From Paragordius varius (taxonomy: Eukaryota; Animalia; Nematomorpha): 64,000 bases of DNA. Below are positions 52,001-64,000 of the stretch, piece after piece. Position 1 is the first letter of the stretch. Each line of letters opens with the position of its first letter. A program made the position numbers and the translations under genes. The stretch lies in contig OZ176050.1 of NCBI GenBank assembly GCA_964247055.1, forward strand, positions 11,098,001-11,162,000, given 5' to 3'. The notes under the pieces were generated by a model, which saw nothing but the letters and a program-made list of their open reading frames with translations, did no database searches and was not told the origin of the DNA.

Positions 52001-52344
52001 ATTGAGATAAGCTTGAACAGGGGCTAATCCTCGACCAACTAAAAAAGATTCATCAGCTTTTTGTCTATACATTTGCATCATATCCTCGGTTGAATAGATT
52101 GCAACCGATTTTATACCCAATTCATGGCATGCCCGAAAAACACGAATGGCAATTTCACCTAAAGATATTGTAAAAAAAATAAGTTAAAACCTCGGTTAGC
52201 AACTAAGATCTTGTTAATTTTCCGCCGTTTACTGGATGCATCAATTTTCTCCTTAACAGTTTTATTATTTTTAACATCTTTTGGGGTAAAAAAAGAATAG
52301 CATCTTATATACTTTGGTCGGTATTTTCCAAATAATAGAAACAT
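40009..52344 (-). CDS. PC: Pyruvate carboxylase, mitochondrial type; about 21-22 exons
   Basis: Basic N-terminal leader, then [144 protein letters not shown], biotin site SAMKME, and stop TAG 40009-40011. Confidence 0.96.
42979..43024. repeat. (AT)n microsatellite in a PC intron
   Basis: About 46 nt of pure AT repeat. Other TA runs lie at about 21862, 38449, 42697, 47212 and 62441. Confidence 0.9.
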
Positions 52345-52480
52345 CGAAATATCTACATCTGGTAAAGCAGATGTTATTTGAAATTATGGGAAAAGCGAAT
52401 ACGCACTACAAAAATATACAGTTTTTAAAAAACTTTAGGGTCTAAGGTATTTTATTAAGTTTATTAGAGTTGCTTTATAA
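52345..52480. promoter_or_regulatory. Probable compact bidirectional promoter / 5' UTR region
   Basis: Only 136 bp separate the divergent start codons of PC (52344) and VPS54 (52481). Contains the hairpin ACATCTG-GTAAAG-CAGATGT. Confidence 0.55.
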
Positions 52481-55400
52481 ATGGGAACGCATATACCAAA
52501 TATACCGGCAGCATTAAATGACCCATCACAAAGTGGAAAAAGTGATATATTTAGCAAACGTTATGGTGACAGTTTTGAAAATGCGAAATACGCCCCTGAA
52601 TCGGACGATACAGATTATGATTTCAAACCTTATTATCAATTATTAAGAAAGGTTTATAATAAAATTTTTAATATTTTAGCTTATTCACTATCGGAAAAAA
52701 CAATATCGAAATCGAACAACCAACCGAGGTTTCGTTAACGTTTTAATATTTATATAGGTCGCCCTGTGGAGAAAGTTGACATACCCGATGAATATTACCA
52801 CAAATCATTTTCACTTGATAATCCTAATGTGCAGGAAATAATTTTCCCCCAAACGCTTGGCAATAATTGGGTTGTATCGGCAAATTTTTTTCATGAAAAA
52901 GTACTCATAAATTTATTAATCATGAAATATAAATGTTTTTATTATTAACAAATTTTTTAGCTAACAAAATATTTGGATGCCATAGAAAATCAAATCGCAA
53001 TTAATGTTTCGAAAAAGTCGGGAAATTTTATCCACGCCTTAAATTACGTGTCCCATTTGCGTGATAATTTAATCAACATAAATAATGACGTAGACACTAT
53101 TAAGTATATTTACAATTTTTATTTTATGGTAAATATTAATTATTTAATTTAATTTATACTCCTTTCAACCTAAAATATTGTTAATAATATTCATGTTAGG
53201 TATTTTTTGCATAGGTTTTAATTTGTATGATATAAGTGCTAAAATTATTAAAAACAGTTTGTTATATTACGCATTATTATAATTTATATTTTTGATTTAA
53301 TCGACTGAAACAAGCAGCTGATTTTTTCAAATTATGGTTAGCTAAACAACATATCTTTATTACAACTGAATTAAAAAAATAATTTCACCCTATTACATTT
53401 TTATTTGCAAGTTTTAATGAATTTATGAAAAATTCAAAATTTTAATGGAAAAAAGTTTGACTTAATTTTTTACTATTTTTTGTGCAACGCCTAATTTAAC
53501 CCAATATTTGGTAAACAAAATATTAAAATTTAAAAACATTCCGAGATTAAAATTTAGCCTATAAAGTGTAAAGGCTTTTGTCGTTTTATCATTTATCGTT
53601 TATATATATTCTTTTTGCATTATAATAACCTAATATTCTTACTGATAAAATTCCAATTTAGGTGCAATTTGGGAAGCTATCAAAATCAATGCATAAAACA
53701 GCATATATATTTGCTCAAACTCAAAATCCGTCTTCAAAATATAATAAATTTGGTTGGCAAGGTGTTTATTTATCAAATTCCATTTTAATAAAATTTAAAT
53801 TATAATCGCTTAAAATTTTATCAAATACTTAATTTAATTTTTGCTTTTGAAAGTTATTAAATTCACAAATTTTAACAAATTGTGAAATGTTTGTTACATT
53901 TATATTCAATATATGCAATAATAAATTTGGACTAAAAAAATTTGTTTTGAAAATCCTCTCCAGTGTTGTCTTTATTACAAGTTTAACTGAATGGGAAATT
54001 AAGTTTTTAATATAATATTCAAAAATAGTCTATAATTTAATTGTAATTTTGTTTGTTTTATACCGCATTGTTGAAGTTTTTATCAACAAATCAGATTAAT
54101 ATTATCTAAATAACAGCATTTTTTAATTTAATATTAAATTGGATTTACCATAATATTAATTTTCTTTCTTAATTTTTTATCTTTTTTCGAATTTCAAAAT
54201 GTTAGCTCAAAATTATGAGTTTGTTAAGCCAATCGCAATCAACCATACAAGTGTTAATGACCAACAATGAATACATGGGCGCGTTTGACTTAATATCATC
54301 CACGCGCGACGTTATACACAAAGATTTGAATGGTGTCAAAAGTTTCAAGTATTACATAACTCCATTTTTTGCAAATCATTAATTAGAAAAATATGAATGT
54401 TTGATAAATCACAAATATGGGTTATTTTTAATTTTTTGGTACAATCTCACAGAATTGTACTTAAATTTAAGATAAATCATAAATTAATTTGTTTTTTACA
54501 AGTTTTAATATCAATAATTGTGTACTCTTAAAATATTTTTTGATGTTACAGAAGATATCATTTATACCATTAATATATATAATTGGTATCAAATCACATA
54601 ATTGATATAATAAAATTAAACATTGCTTTAAATTTGTTATTGCTTTAGACATTTAGAGGCCCAATTACTCGAAATTGAAAATGTCATATTTCGTATGTTA
54701 TGGGCCGATTATATTCAATATGTTTCCACGTTTTTTGGTTTGCAAAACAGTCCAGATACTAATGGATTACTCTTAACACAAGCTTTGAATCAATTCCTCC
54801 TAAACAACCATATTGACACTAAAGTTGATGAAAAAAATAATTTTAATACATTAAACATTCCTCTGTTCGATGATGATATTTTGGGTAAACGCATCTCGGA
54901 ATTAGCCCCAATTATCTATGGGATGTTGTATGTTAAAAATTATTCTTTCATTGAATATTTCAAGGAAGAAAGTTGTTCCAACATTGATTTGCTTATCAAT
55001 CATGTGAGAGGCAATTTTATTTTATTTCTTAACACTTGATTTTGGTAATTAAAGTATCAAATTGCAAATGAGACAAAACGTAAAAAATAAAATCTATCGT
55101 TTTGGGTTACCTTATGAGAAATGAAATTATATATAACACAGATAATGAAAAAGGCAAAACGTAAAAAGTTAAGTTATTTATATTAAGTTATAAAAACAAC
55201 CACATTTTTTAATTCATAATTTTTAATAAAATTTATCGTCGCCGGTTACGAAACGAGACATGTAAATTCTAACACATTCATTTTCTATAATTGTTGATCA
55301 CACACTTTATATCTAAAAAATATATAAAAAACATTTTCTAACTTTTTTTGACGTTTTATCTATCTTTATAAATAAATTTTTACTCAATTCTATTTTACAG

Positions 55401-58400
55401 GCAATTCGGCAAACAGATATGCCATATCCACAAGACATTAATCATCAATCGTTTGATGAAATACTCCCATCTTTTGATATTTCAAGTCTTATAGCTTATT
55501 TCCACAAGCTTTACAGGCAAATGGTTCCCTTGCTTATTAAAATTCGGGTATTAATTTAAAAAATTTTGCAATTATAATAATATTTTAAACATTATTTATG
55601 TTTGTATTGAAATATATGGATTTATATTTAATTGCTGTCTTGATCTATCTATAATCTCAGATATATAATTATTTGAACATAAGGTATCCAAATTTTCAAA
55701 AAATTAAACGATAAAACACAATCATCGATATTTTATTAACCATCCACCATCGTAAAAAGATACTCAACAAATTTTTGCGTATAGATTGATAAAAGTATGT
55801 TTATATATTTTATTATTATAGCTTCTTGCCACTATATTCCTTATATTAGCGCATAATTGTGTTAATATAACTGCTAGTCCATGTCCCAATAATAAAGTTA
55901 TGAATGGCTTGGGTCAATGGTTAAATCAACAAATTTTAACAACCACCATGAATAACATTCATAAATATCGGTAATTAACAATATTATATACATTAATAGT
56001 TAGAGATTAGTAAATTTTAGCTTGCAATTTTTTTATTTTATATAAAATACTATCTAATTATAATTAGTTATAATAATATTTCCCTTTCTTTAATGGACTT
56101 AGTCAAAAAAATATTATTTTTCGCATCATGTTTGTTAAAATCTAAAATTGAACTGTTTTGTTCAAATTAAATAGATAAATAAATATTGTTTTTTTTTTTC
56201 ATTCTTTTGGTTTAAAAAGATGTCTTTGACACTAAAAATTATTTAATTTGTAAGCGCATACATGCATTTACCTGGTATCCAAAAACTCTGGCTTTAAAAA
56301 AATTAAAAAAAGTTAACTATTTGGTATAATAATAAATATTTTGCCTAATTAATTATGGACACGTTTTAACTAATATGTATTAATATAGAACTATGTCAAG
56401 TGATAAACCTATTACCCCGCCTGAAAGTGAAATCAAAAAGGTTATGTCAAAATTGCATACGGCATATTCTAACATACACAATTATGTTCGGGAAGAATTT
56501 GTCAAAATTCTGCAAAAATGGAATCTTTCATTCGTAAGTTACAAATATTTTTTGAGTACTACATATTAATACTTTTATAATTTTTTTAATTTTTTTCATT
56601 AAATTAAGCAATTAAATGGAAACAATAGTTCATCAATGTATAGTTGGAAATATATTGTAAATTAAATAATTTGGTTAAAATTAGATTTATATATTATATT
56701 TTAATTTCAGTAATAACTGAAAAATAAAAAAATTTAATAAAATGTTTATTATTTTTAATATAACGATAAAATGTTTATGTGTTTTATCATGCCATATATC
56801 TTATTCAAAAAAGAAAATATGTAATTGATTATTTTAAAAATATTTTTATGCGATTAATTACAGCATGATTCAATTTTTGTTTTAAAAAAATTTAAAACGA
56901 TAATTATGTATATACCCTAATATATAACATATATAATACCATATACGAGTTAATTTTTTAGAAAAATAATATATTTCTTTGTATATATTGAAATATTTTC
57001 TTTAATATCTTTTTATGTATCTTAGAATCCTCTATTTCTAACGGATAAAAAATTTAATACCACATTATCATCGAATACTTTAAAATTTTGCTCCACAAAA
57101 ACAACCTCAATCAATAAAACAGATATTTACCCCGAACTTTTTGAATTGGCACAAATATTAAATGAAGAAAAAAACACTGAATTAACGCAATTATTTCTTA
57201 GTTTATCACATTTACAATCTTTTTATCAATCATCCATAAATTATATTTCAAATATTCTCTTACCTTTATCGACAATGCCTGTTTCCAGTATTGCTAATAC
57301 CCAAAATTTAGAAGAAAAATTAATTAATGGTACTTTAGAAAATATCATAGATATAGAGAATTTTGAAGAAAACAAACCTCTTAAAGATCCTAAAAATATG
57401 CCAACTAACCATATTAGTCAATTACAGTCAAACGATGAAAGTAATCTATCAAATGATAATCATAATTCAAATATAAATCCTTTTTCTGATGATGATGAAA
57501 ACACCAAAAATTTTAATGAAGCAAAATTTGTTAGTAATATAAAATTAAGCGCGGAAAATGGTGTAAATGGTCATATACCATCAGATAATCAGTCGGACAT
57601 ATCTTCAAACAGCTATATATCACATAAAAATAATAATGATATTAATAATGTCATGGAAATAAAAAATGATGATTTACCTAAAAGCAATTTCGATTACGAA
57701 AGCAAAGACTTGGCTGAAAACAAATTTTTGAAGCAAATACAAAAAATTGTTTTTGGCGTTTTGGAATATATCGTTCAAAAGATTAGGAATGATTTGAAGT
57801 TTGTATCTAAAAATTTAGTTTATTTCTTTTTAACTTTGTTTAAATTGAATTTTTAACAACTCCTGGCGATTATGCCTCTGTGCAAAAGTTTGAGATTTAA
57901 TATTTATTTTATACTTTATTTACGACGTATTTCCGAATCTTATTAATCGTTGTTACCCCGACAATGAGTGTATTGTAGTAATATAGAATTTATTTATCAA
58001 TAATAAAAGTGTATATTTATAAAAATATCATTGCATTTTTGATTTCAGATGCGTACAAAATAAAGAACGGTGGAAACCATTGGATACGATCAACCCATCT
58101 TTCATCAAAATATTTCAAAACGGTAATTACTTTTTTAAAATTATTTTTTAAACATTATGTAATTTATCGAAATATATATTTTTTATTTTTTCTTGAATGC
58201 TCACCTTTTTAATCATCTAATAGATTTCACATCTATACCTGCCACATATAATGGAGTGGATTATGATAATGACAACTTTAAGGATATAAAAACTGACAAT
58301 TTTATATTTCAAAACTTTTCATACCAATTGACAAAGTATATTTATTTAGTTGAGTTTAAATGATATAACTTTAATTTAATTAATAATGATTATATTTGTA

Positions 58401-61400
58401 TTTATATTTAGTTCTACCCTACACTTGCTACTAATTTTGACGATATTATTCCACCTATCTCGCCACATACCATATGCGAGGAAGTCATTGTTTAATACCA
58501 TAAATCATTTGCTCAAGGTTATTTGATTGGAAAAAAATTTTTTTATAAAATAAGCTTAGGATTATTATCGTTTTTGAAATTTTATTGCCTTTAAATTTAG
58601 AAAGTCCATTTTGAATGCAGTAAACTTTTATTTATCTAAACAAATCAACCGCACGAAAAAATGACATTTATATAGAGAGAGATTACCTTTAAAATTATGT
58701 AAAATATTCTTTTTTATGCGAAAAAAGCACTTAATATTTACGTTATAACTTAGCTAAAGCTGAATTTCGTCAAACCCTATTAAAATTATTATAAAGGATG
58801 AGGCGAGCCGGTTCAAAGGTTTTTTAATATTGGTTATTAGGGATAGTGAAAAAAATCGCTTAAAATAGTTTTTAGCATCTCAAAAAAAATACAGGGCATA
58901 ATTTCCCTTACAACAGAGCTAATTCTTTAAAATGTTTCATGACAACTATATTTTAATTTATATCACACAATTAGTCATTTAACCACAACTCTTATGACTC
59001 TCTCCTTGGGGCTGGTGCAATACAAACAGCCGGGTTGAAAACTATTTCAATAAAGCATTTAGGTATAAATTATTTAAAATTAAATATATATTTTAACATA
59101 TTACATGATTACATATCATTTACGATTGAAATTCACCCTCGAACAATTCAAACTTACCCTAAAAATAAATTATGTCTTTTTGGGCTAATATAACTCATCA
59201 TTAATATGAAATATATTCTCATGGCATAGTTTATTATTTTTTCAGTTAATTTTTTAAAAAAATCATTTTTTTAAAAATATAAAAAAACATAGGTAATTTT
59301 GAACTTTTAAAAACACATAATTTATTTTAGGGTGAATTTATATCGTACGAGGGTGAATTTGAACTATAAATGGTATATTAATTTAAATAATTTTTGGCAG
59401 TTATATTGCACAGTAATCTACAACTTTTAAGTCATTTTATTCCGGTGTATTACAATACATGGTCATCCCCCTCACATAGTCAAACAATGCACAAAAATGG
59501 AATCATTAACTCTAAATCAATTTGTAAATATTCTCAACAAATAATTAAAGTACGTCTTATTTTTATCCTATTATTCTTGCGCATTGAGCGCTTTTTTTGT
59601 TAGTTTTTTCCTTAGTGTAGTATATTTCTATGGTAAATTATTTGGTAATAGGAAATTAGTTTAATGTAAAGTGATTACATATGGCTTTTATATGATTGAT
59701 TTATATTTATGTCTACCATTTATTTTCGTTATAAATTTTTTAATCTGATTATAATAAATTTTCAGGAGTATCAAACCCATTCTGAACATATACAAATGAA
59801 AATCTGTGAAATTATGGAACAAAATTTTAACAAATACATTTCAGAGGTAAGAAAAGAATCTTTATTATTATATATTTGCAACATATGTACGTATATGTTT
59901 ATACATACTTGAAGAAATTTTCAGCGCAAAAAACGAAATATAGCTACTTTAATAAATTTTATCGCTTGTATGGATACCGAGATTAAATCTTGGTAAATAA
60001 GATTAAACAAAGGTTTGGCGTGGGCGTCTCTGCATCGATTTGGGTCGTCGAAGTGTGCTTGCTTTAATATATACCATTTAAAATTTAAATTCACCATTAA
60101 ACAATTCACATTTACCCTTGAACTACTCAAATTCACCCTCGAATAAAATATATGTTTTATTACCTATATTTTTATATATTTTTAAAATTTAAAATACTGA
60201 AAAAAATAACAAACTATGCCATAAAGATATATTTATATTAATAATGAGTTATATTAGTTAGAAAACACATAATTTAATTTTAGGGTGAATTTAAATTTTT
60301 CACGGGTGAATTTGAACTGTAAATGGTATATTTTTGGGACATGTTCTCTCCGTTATGCATTTGCACGATATGAGCGTACTATTGGACACGCATTTAATTT
60401 ACAATAGGATTTAATAATTGTATCCTTTGTAATCTGGGGGCTATTTATGTAGCAAACCATGAGATTTTCTGTGTTTTTGATTGATTCGGGTTTCTGTTGT
60501 TTTTGTGAGCGAGAGCGTTACAAGCATAGGTCAAAGCAAGGTGGATCCCAACTTCTTACAGGTTGACTTTGTTTTTATATGGTTATGGATTTTTTTTGTG
60601 AGCATAAACTTAATAGATATATTTTTATCCACCCATTTCTTAAAAGATGAGATAGTGTAGTGTTTAGGTTACATACATCAGTAAAAATGATCCCTAAATA
60701 GGAGAAATTCATTATTATTTCATACTTGTTATATTCAATTATTGTTCTTGGGATATTATCGTTTTTATTATGTGATTGGTTTTTGCAGGGTAAGCAATTG
60801 AAATTATTATTATTATTGATAAGTTTTAAATATATTTTGGATCAGGGCAACGCTTTGACGACCTGGATGCCCACGCCAAACTTGGTTAAATCTTATCCAT
60901 CAAGATCTAAACTCATTATCCCTACATCCTGAACACGTTCAGGACAAAGAATTATGCTCTGCTTATTTTAAATTATTCTAATTATAATGATTATCGCTTT
61001 AATAAAACTAAGCTACTAAATATTTTTTTCTTAACTTACACATTTTTTTATTACCAGTGGGAAGTCAAAGCTCCGACCCCTTCTCCGGTGTTTATGGTTT
61101 TGGTCAAGCAATTAGATGGCCTTTATGACAACCTTTTACGTTTTCTGGACGATGAATCAACAAAAGTTTATTATTTCTATATTTTTTATAACCTTATTAA
61201 TTTTATATAGTTTTGAGCCTATAAAATACCCAATTATACTCATTTATATTGACCGAGTCCCATTATTTTTGATAAATTGAATACATAGCTGAGTAAAACT
61301 ACAAATGGTTGAAATTCAACAATTTGTATCTATCATACAGTTCATTTAATTATGTACAAAATTTGTTTTATACATTCGCTTCTGTATTACCAATTTTCAA

Positions 61401-62096
61401 ACAATTGGGTTCTGTATATTTTTATTGGCCTATCTTAACCCAATAGTTTTATATAAATTATACATGTTTTTGGCATTTAAGCAATTTATAGCGTGTATCT
61501 GCAACAAAATAAAATTTATAAACATAACATTATACATGCTATTTCATTATATTTTTACAGTATATTATTTACAATTCAATATCACCCTCGAACAATTCAA
61601 ATTTACCCTCAAATAAAATATATGTTTTTTAATTTAAAATTTTCTAAATTTTTATATATTTTTGAAAAATAAAAATTTTGTTTAAATTAAATTAATATTG
61701 AAAAAATAATTAACTATGACATTAATATATATTTTTTATTAATAATGAGTTATATTGGTTCGATAACACATAATTATTGTTAGGGTGAATTTGAATTGTT
61801 CAAGGGGGAATTTGTTCGAGGGTGAATTTGAATTGTTCAGGGGGGAATTTGAATTGTTCAAGGGTGAATTTGAACAATAAATGGTATATATATTATATTA
61901 CAAACAGGCTTTGATGGAGTCAACAAACTTGACAATCAAAAATTTGTTGAAATCAAAAGTCCAACAACTCGGCATAAAGAATGATGGGGGTCCCAGGTGT
62001 GGCGTTTTAATATCCGAACTGCTATATTATTACAAACATATATCACGTTTTGGGTTAAATACCAATTTGAATGATTACGATTTTTTGTGGGAATGA
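52481..62096 (+). CDS. VPS54: Vacuolar protein sorting 54 (GARP complex subunit)
   Basis: N-terminal NIPAALNDP and HEKLTKYLDAIENQIAINVS. C-terminal LLGAGAIQTAGLKTIS, NLQLLSHFIP, EYQTHSEHIQMKI, WEVKAPTPS and GIKNDGGPRCG..W, stop at 62096. All resemble metazoan Vps54; some internal exon edges are approximate. Confidence 0.87.
59114..59375. mobile_element. MITE family C copy 1 (TACCATTT-type terminus; 21-bp unit GGGTGAATTTGAATTGTTCGA)
   Basis: Right end GGGTGAATTTGAACTATAAATGGTA|TA; degenerate left end TATCATTT; inverted repeat units; homologous to 60072-60328 and 61563-61886. Confidence 0.72.
59930..61000. mobile_element. Two decayed, oppositely oriented LINE (CR1/L2-like) C-terminal fragments
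   Basis: Minus 59930-60068 reads HFDD..DAHAKPLFNLIYQDL and plus about 60850-60960 reads RFDDLDAHAKLG*ILSIK, resembling the post-RT 'AHTEPLFK.L.IL' motif. The two share TTTGGCGTGGGC.TC in inverted orientation. Confidence 0.35.
60072..60328. mobile_element. MITE family C copy 2
   Basis: TA|TACCATTT at 60070 and AAATGGTA|TA ending at 60330, with inverted 21-bp units. Confidence 0.8.
61563..61886. mobile_element. MITE family C copy 3
   Basis: Right arm has several GGGTGAATTTGAATTGTTC units ending AAATGGTA|TA; left end is degenerate (TATTATTT). Confidence 0.75.
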
Positions 62097-63812
62097 AAAT
62101 TAATTTATAGTTAAAAATGTGTGCAAATCAATATATGCATCATGCTACAACATCATTCCATTTATATTTTATATAAAACAAATTAAATGCGTTATATTAT
62201 ATAAATTTATATTATTCATAAAAATAAATATTTTTTACATTTATTTTTGAATATTGATAAAACATATTCTTTTGGAATCTGAGAAGCGGTTTACATGTCG
62301 ATTAATTATGGTAAATAATTGAAGCAAATCATCCGAATTATTGAAATTACTTGGGTTATTTGGAAATGTGATGGAATCATATTTTGAGTCTCAGCCAAAA
62401 TTCGCACAAGCCCCTTTAAAAAAAGTGGAATTGCGCAAGAGATATATATATATATATATATTTGTATATTATAAAATAAAATTCCTATGTCGTGAAAACT
62501 ATACTTCACATGTCTTCAGATTATGGCTCATTCGGTGTAAAATTTTGAATACTTGTTTACGGTTTTTATAATGAGCTTCATCGGTTTCCTCCGTTACAAA
62601 CATATAATATATACCGCTGTTCTTTAACAACCTTCTGACAATTAAAAACAGATTGTGTTGCATTACTTTGATACCCCTAGTCCATTAATCACTTCTCTAA
62701 TACTTCTATTTTAGCATGCCAAAAGCTGTTAGGTTTAGGAGCCGGGCATATCAAGAAAAAAATGGCAATATTATGGTCATTTTTAAAATTATTAAAAACC
62801 GAATGAAAGTGCCCCTGATATTTAATTTTAAAAAACCATTTGTGCAAATATAACTAAATTTTTAAGCTCCCTATGGTTTTGTTGTAAGGATTTGGAATGC
62901 CCTTGCAGTACATAATTTTAAGCCAAAAAAATTTGAGGGTCGCGTTCCACATAAGGAATATTGACCCAACTTAATGATTTTAAACAGTGAGCTGTTTTTA
63001 AAGAATTTTTGTTGTAAATTTATTTATTATCAAAATGGCTAATTTCAATAATACATAAATGTACGAGCTTGTTTTGAGATTAATCAAAGACCAAATGTAA
63101 AAAATAGGAGTTTTGATCAAAAGTTATTGGAAAATTCCGTAAAATTTTTTTAGCGAGTTTGAAAATTTTTTTTTAAATAAATAACAGATTTGTCAGAAGA
63201 GTTATACACTAAATAACTTTAAAAACATATTATATACCCGTTCGGTACTCGAAAATGTTAATCTTTTTAATTATTTTAAACCTCAAATGGATAATTAACC
63301 TTAATTTTACATTTATGAAACAAAATTTTTTTTATTTTGCATTATATACTTACAAAGCTAAATTTATCAGGCACTTAACGGGTTACTATACTGGCAGCAA
63401 TCTATTTCGTAGATATGGAAGCTGGTTCAAAAAAACGACCTGGTTAGAAGAGATTGGGACATTGATACTCAAACCGAGGCCCTTAAAGATCTTTTTATGG
63501 CCCCGAATTAAATTTTTATTACTTTTATTATTTAATTGCTTAAAAATAATAATTTTAAATTTTTTACAATAATCATTTCAATGCTTAAAATATGTTTTTT
63601 AATCAATTATGGAATTTTGATGAATATAATTTCTGGTTTTTTCTTTGAAACTCATCTTCTGTTTTGATCATACGCATCGTGTTAAAGAATTTATCGATCA
63701 TAATGATTTTAGTTTAGGAGAAATATGTAAAGATAGCAAAGGACAAGGGTGTATTGAGTTTAATAAAGATAATATGTTTTAGTATATATTCATTGTTTTT
63801 TTCTCAACTTAC

Positions 63813-63890
63813 CTGGAGGCGGCCTATTTTAAAGGAGATATGATAAAAGACATAGGTATATGGTGGATTGGTCTGTTTTAATAACCAGAT
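63813..63890 (-). CDS. Probable internal exon of an unidentified gene extending beyond the window
   Basis: TTTTTTACAG acceptor, 78-nt open phase-0 exon (IWLLKQTNPPYTYVFYHISFKIGRLQ) and CAG|GTAAGT donor. No recognisable family. Confidence 0.35.
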
Positions 63891-64000
63891 CTGTAAAAAA
63901 TTATTAGTTTATATTAGGTTAAGTTTATTAGAAAATGTTAAATATTTGCATAAACTGCAAAATATTTTGGTGCACCGATTTAAGTTATAAGTGTCCACAT

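Noticed and set aside
1-64000. tRNA, rRNA or prokaryotic features; naming the organism
   Set aside because: No cloverleaf or rRNA motifs were seen, and the sequence alone does not discriminate among AT-rich divergent invertebrates.

Overview
Very AT-rich (about 75% A+T by eye), intron-rich animal DNA. The organism cannot be identified from sequence alone, but the proteins are divergent and protostome-like. Four host genes can be reconstructed by GT-AG splicing: ethanolamine kinase (minus, 186-2147), a thioester-less Mcr-type TEP (plus, 7886-39110), pyruvate carboxylase (minus, 40009-52344) and VPS54 (plus, 52481-62096), plus one probable exon of a fifth gene at the right edge. Introns are bimodal: 24-44 nt micro-introns alongside kb-scale introns inflated by transposons. 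The most notable non-gene structures are: (1) a decayed DD34E IS630/Tc1-like transposon and six non-autonomous elements, all with TA|TACCATTT-type ends and inverted arrays of 21-bp repeats in three sequence variants; (2) a full-length RTE LINE whose 12-bp target-site duplication abuts the cleavage-site G of a well-formed HDV-like ribozyme, and which has a PHD-like finger after RT; (3) a fold-back Penelope-like remnant with a degenerate minimal hammerhead; (4) an RTE fragment with a 5' inversion. All family assignments rest on motifs read by eye; no database search was run.
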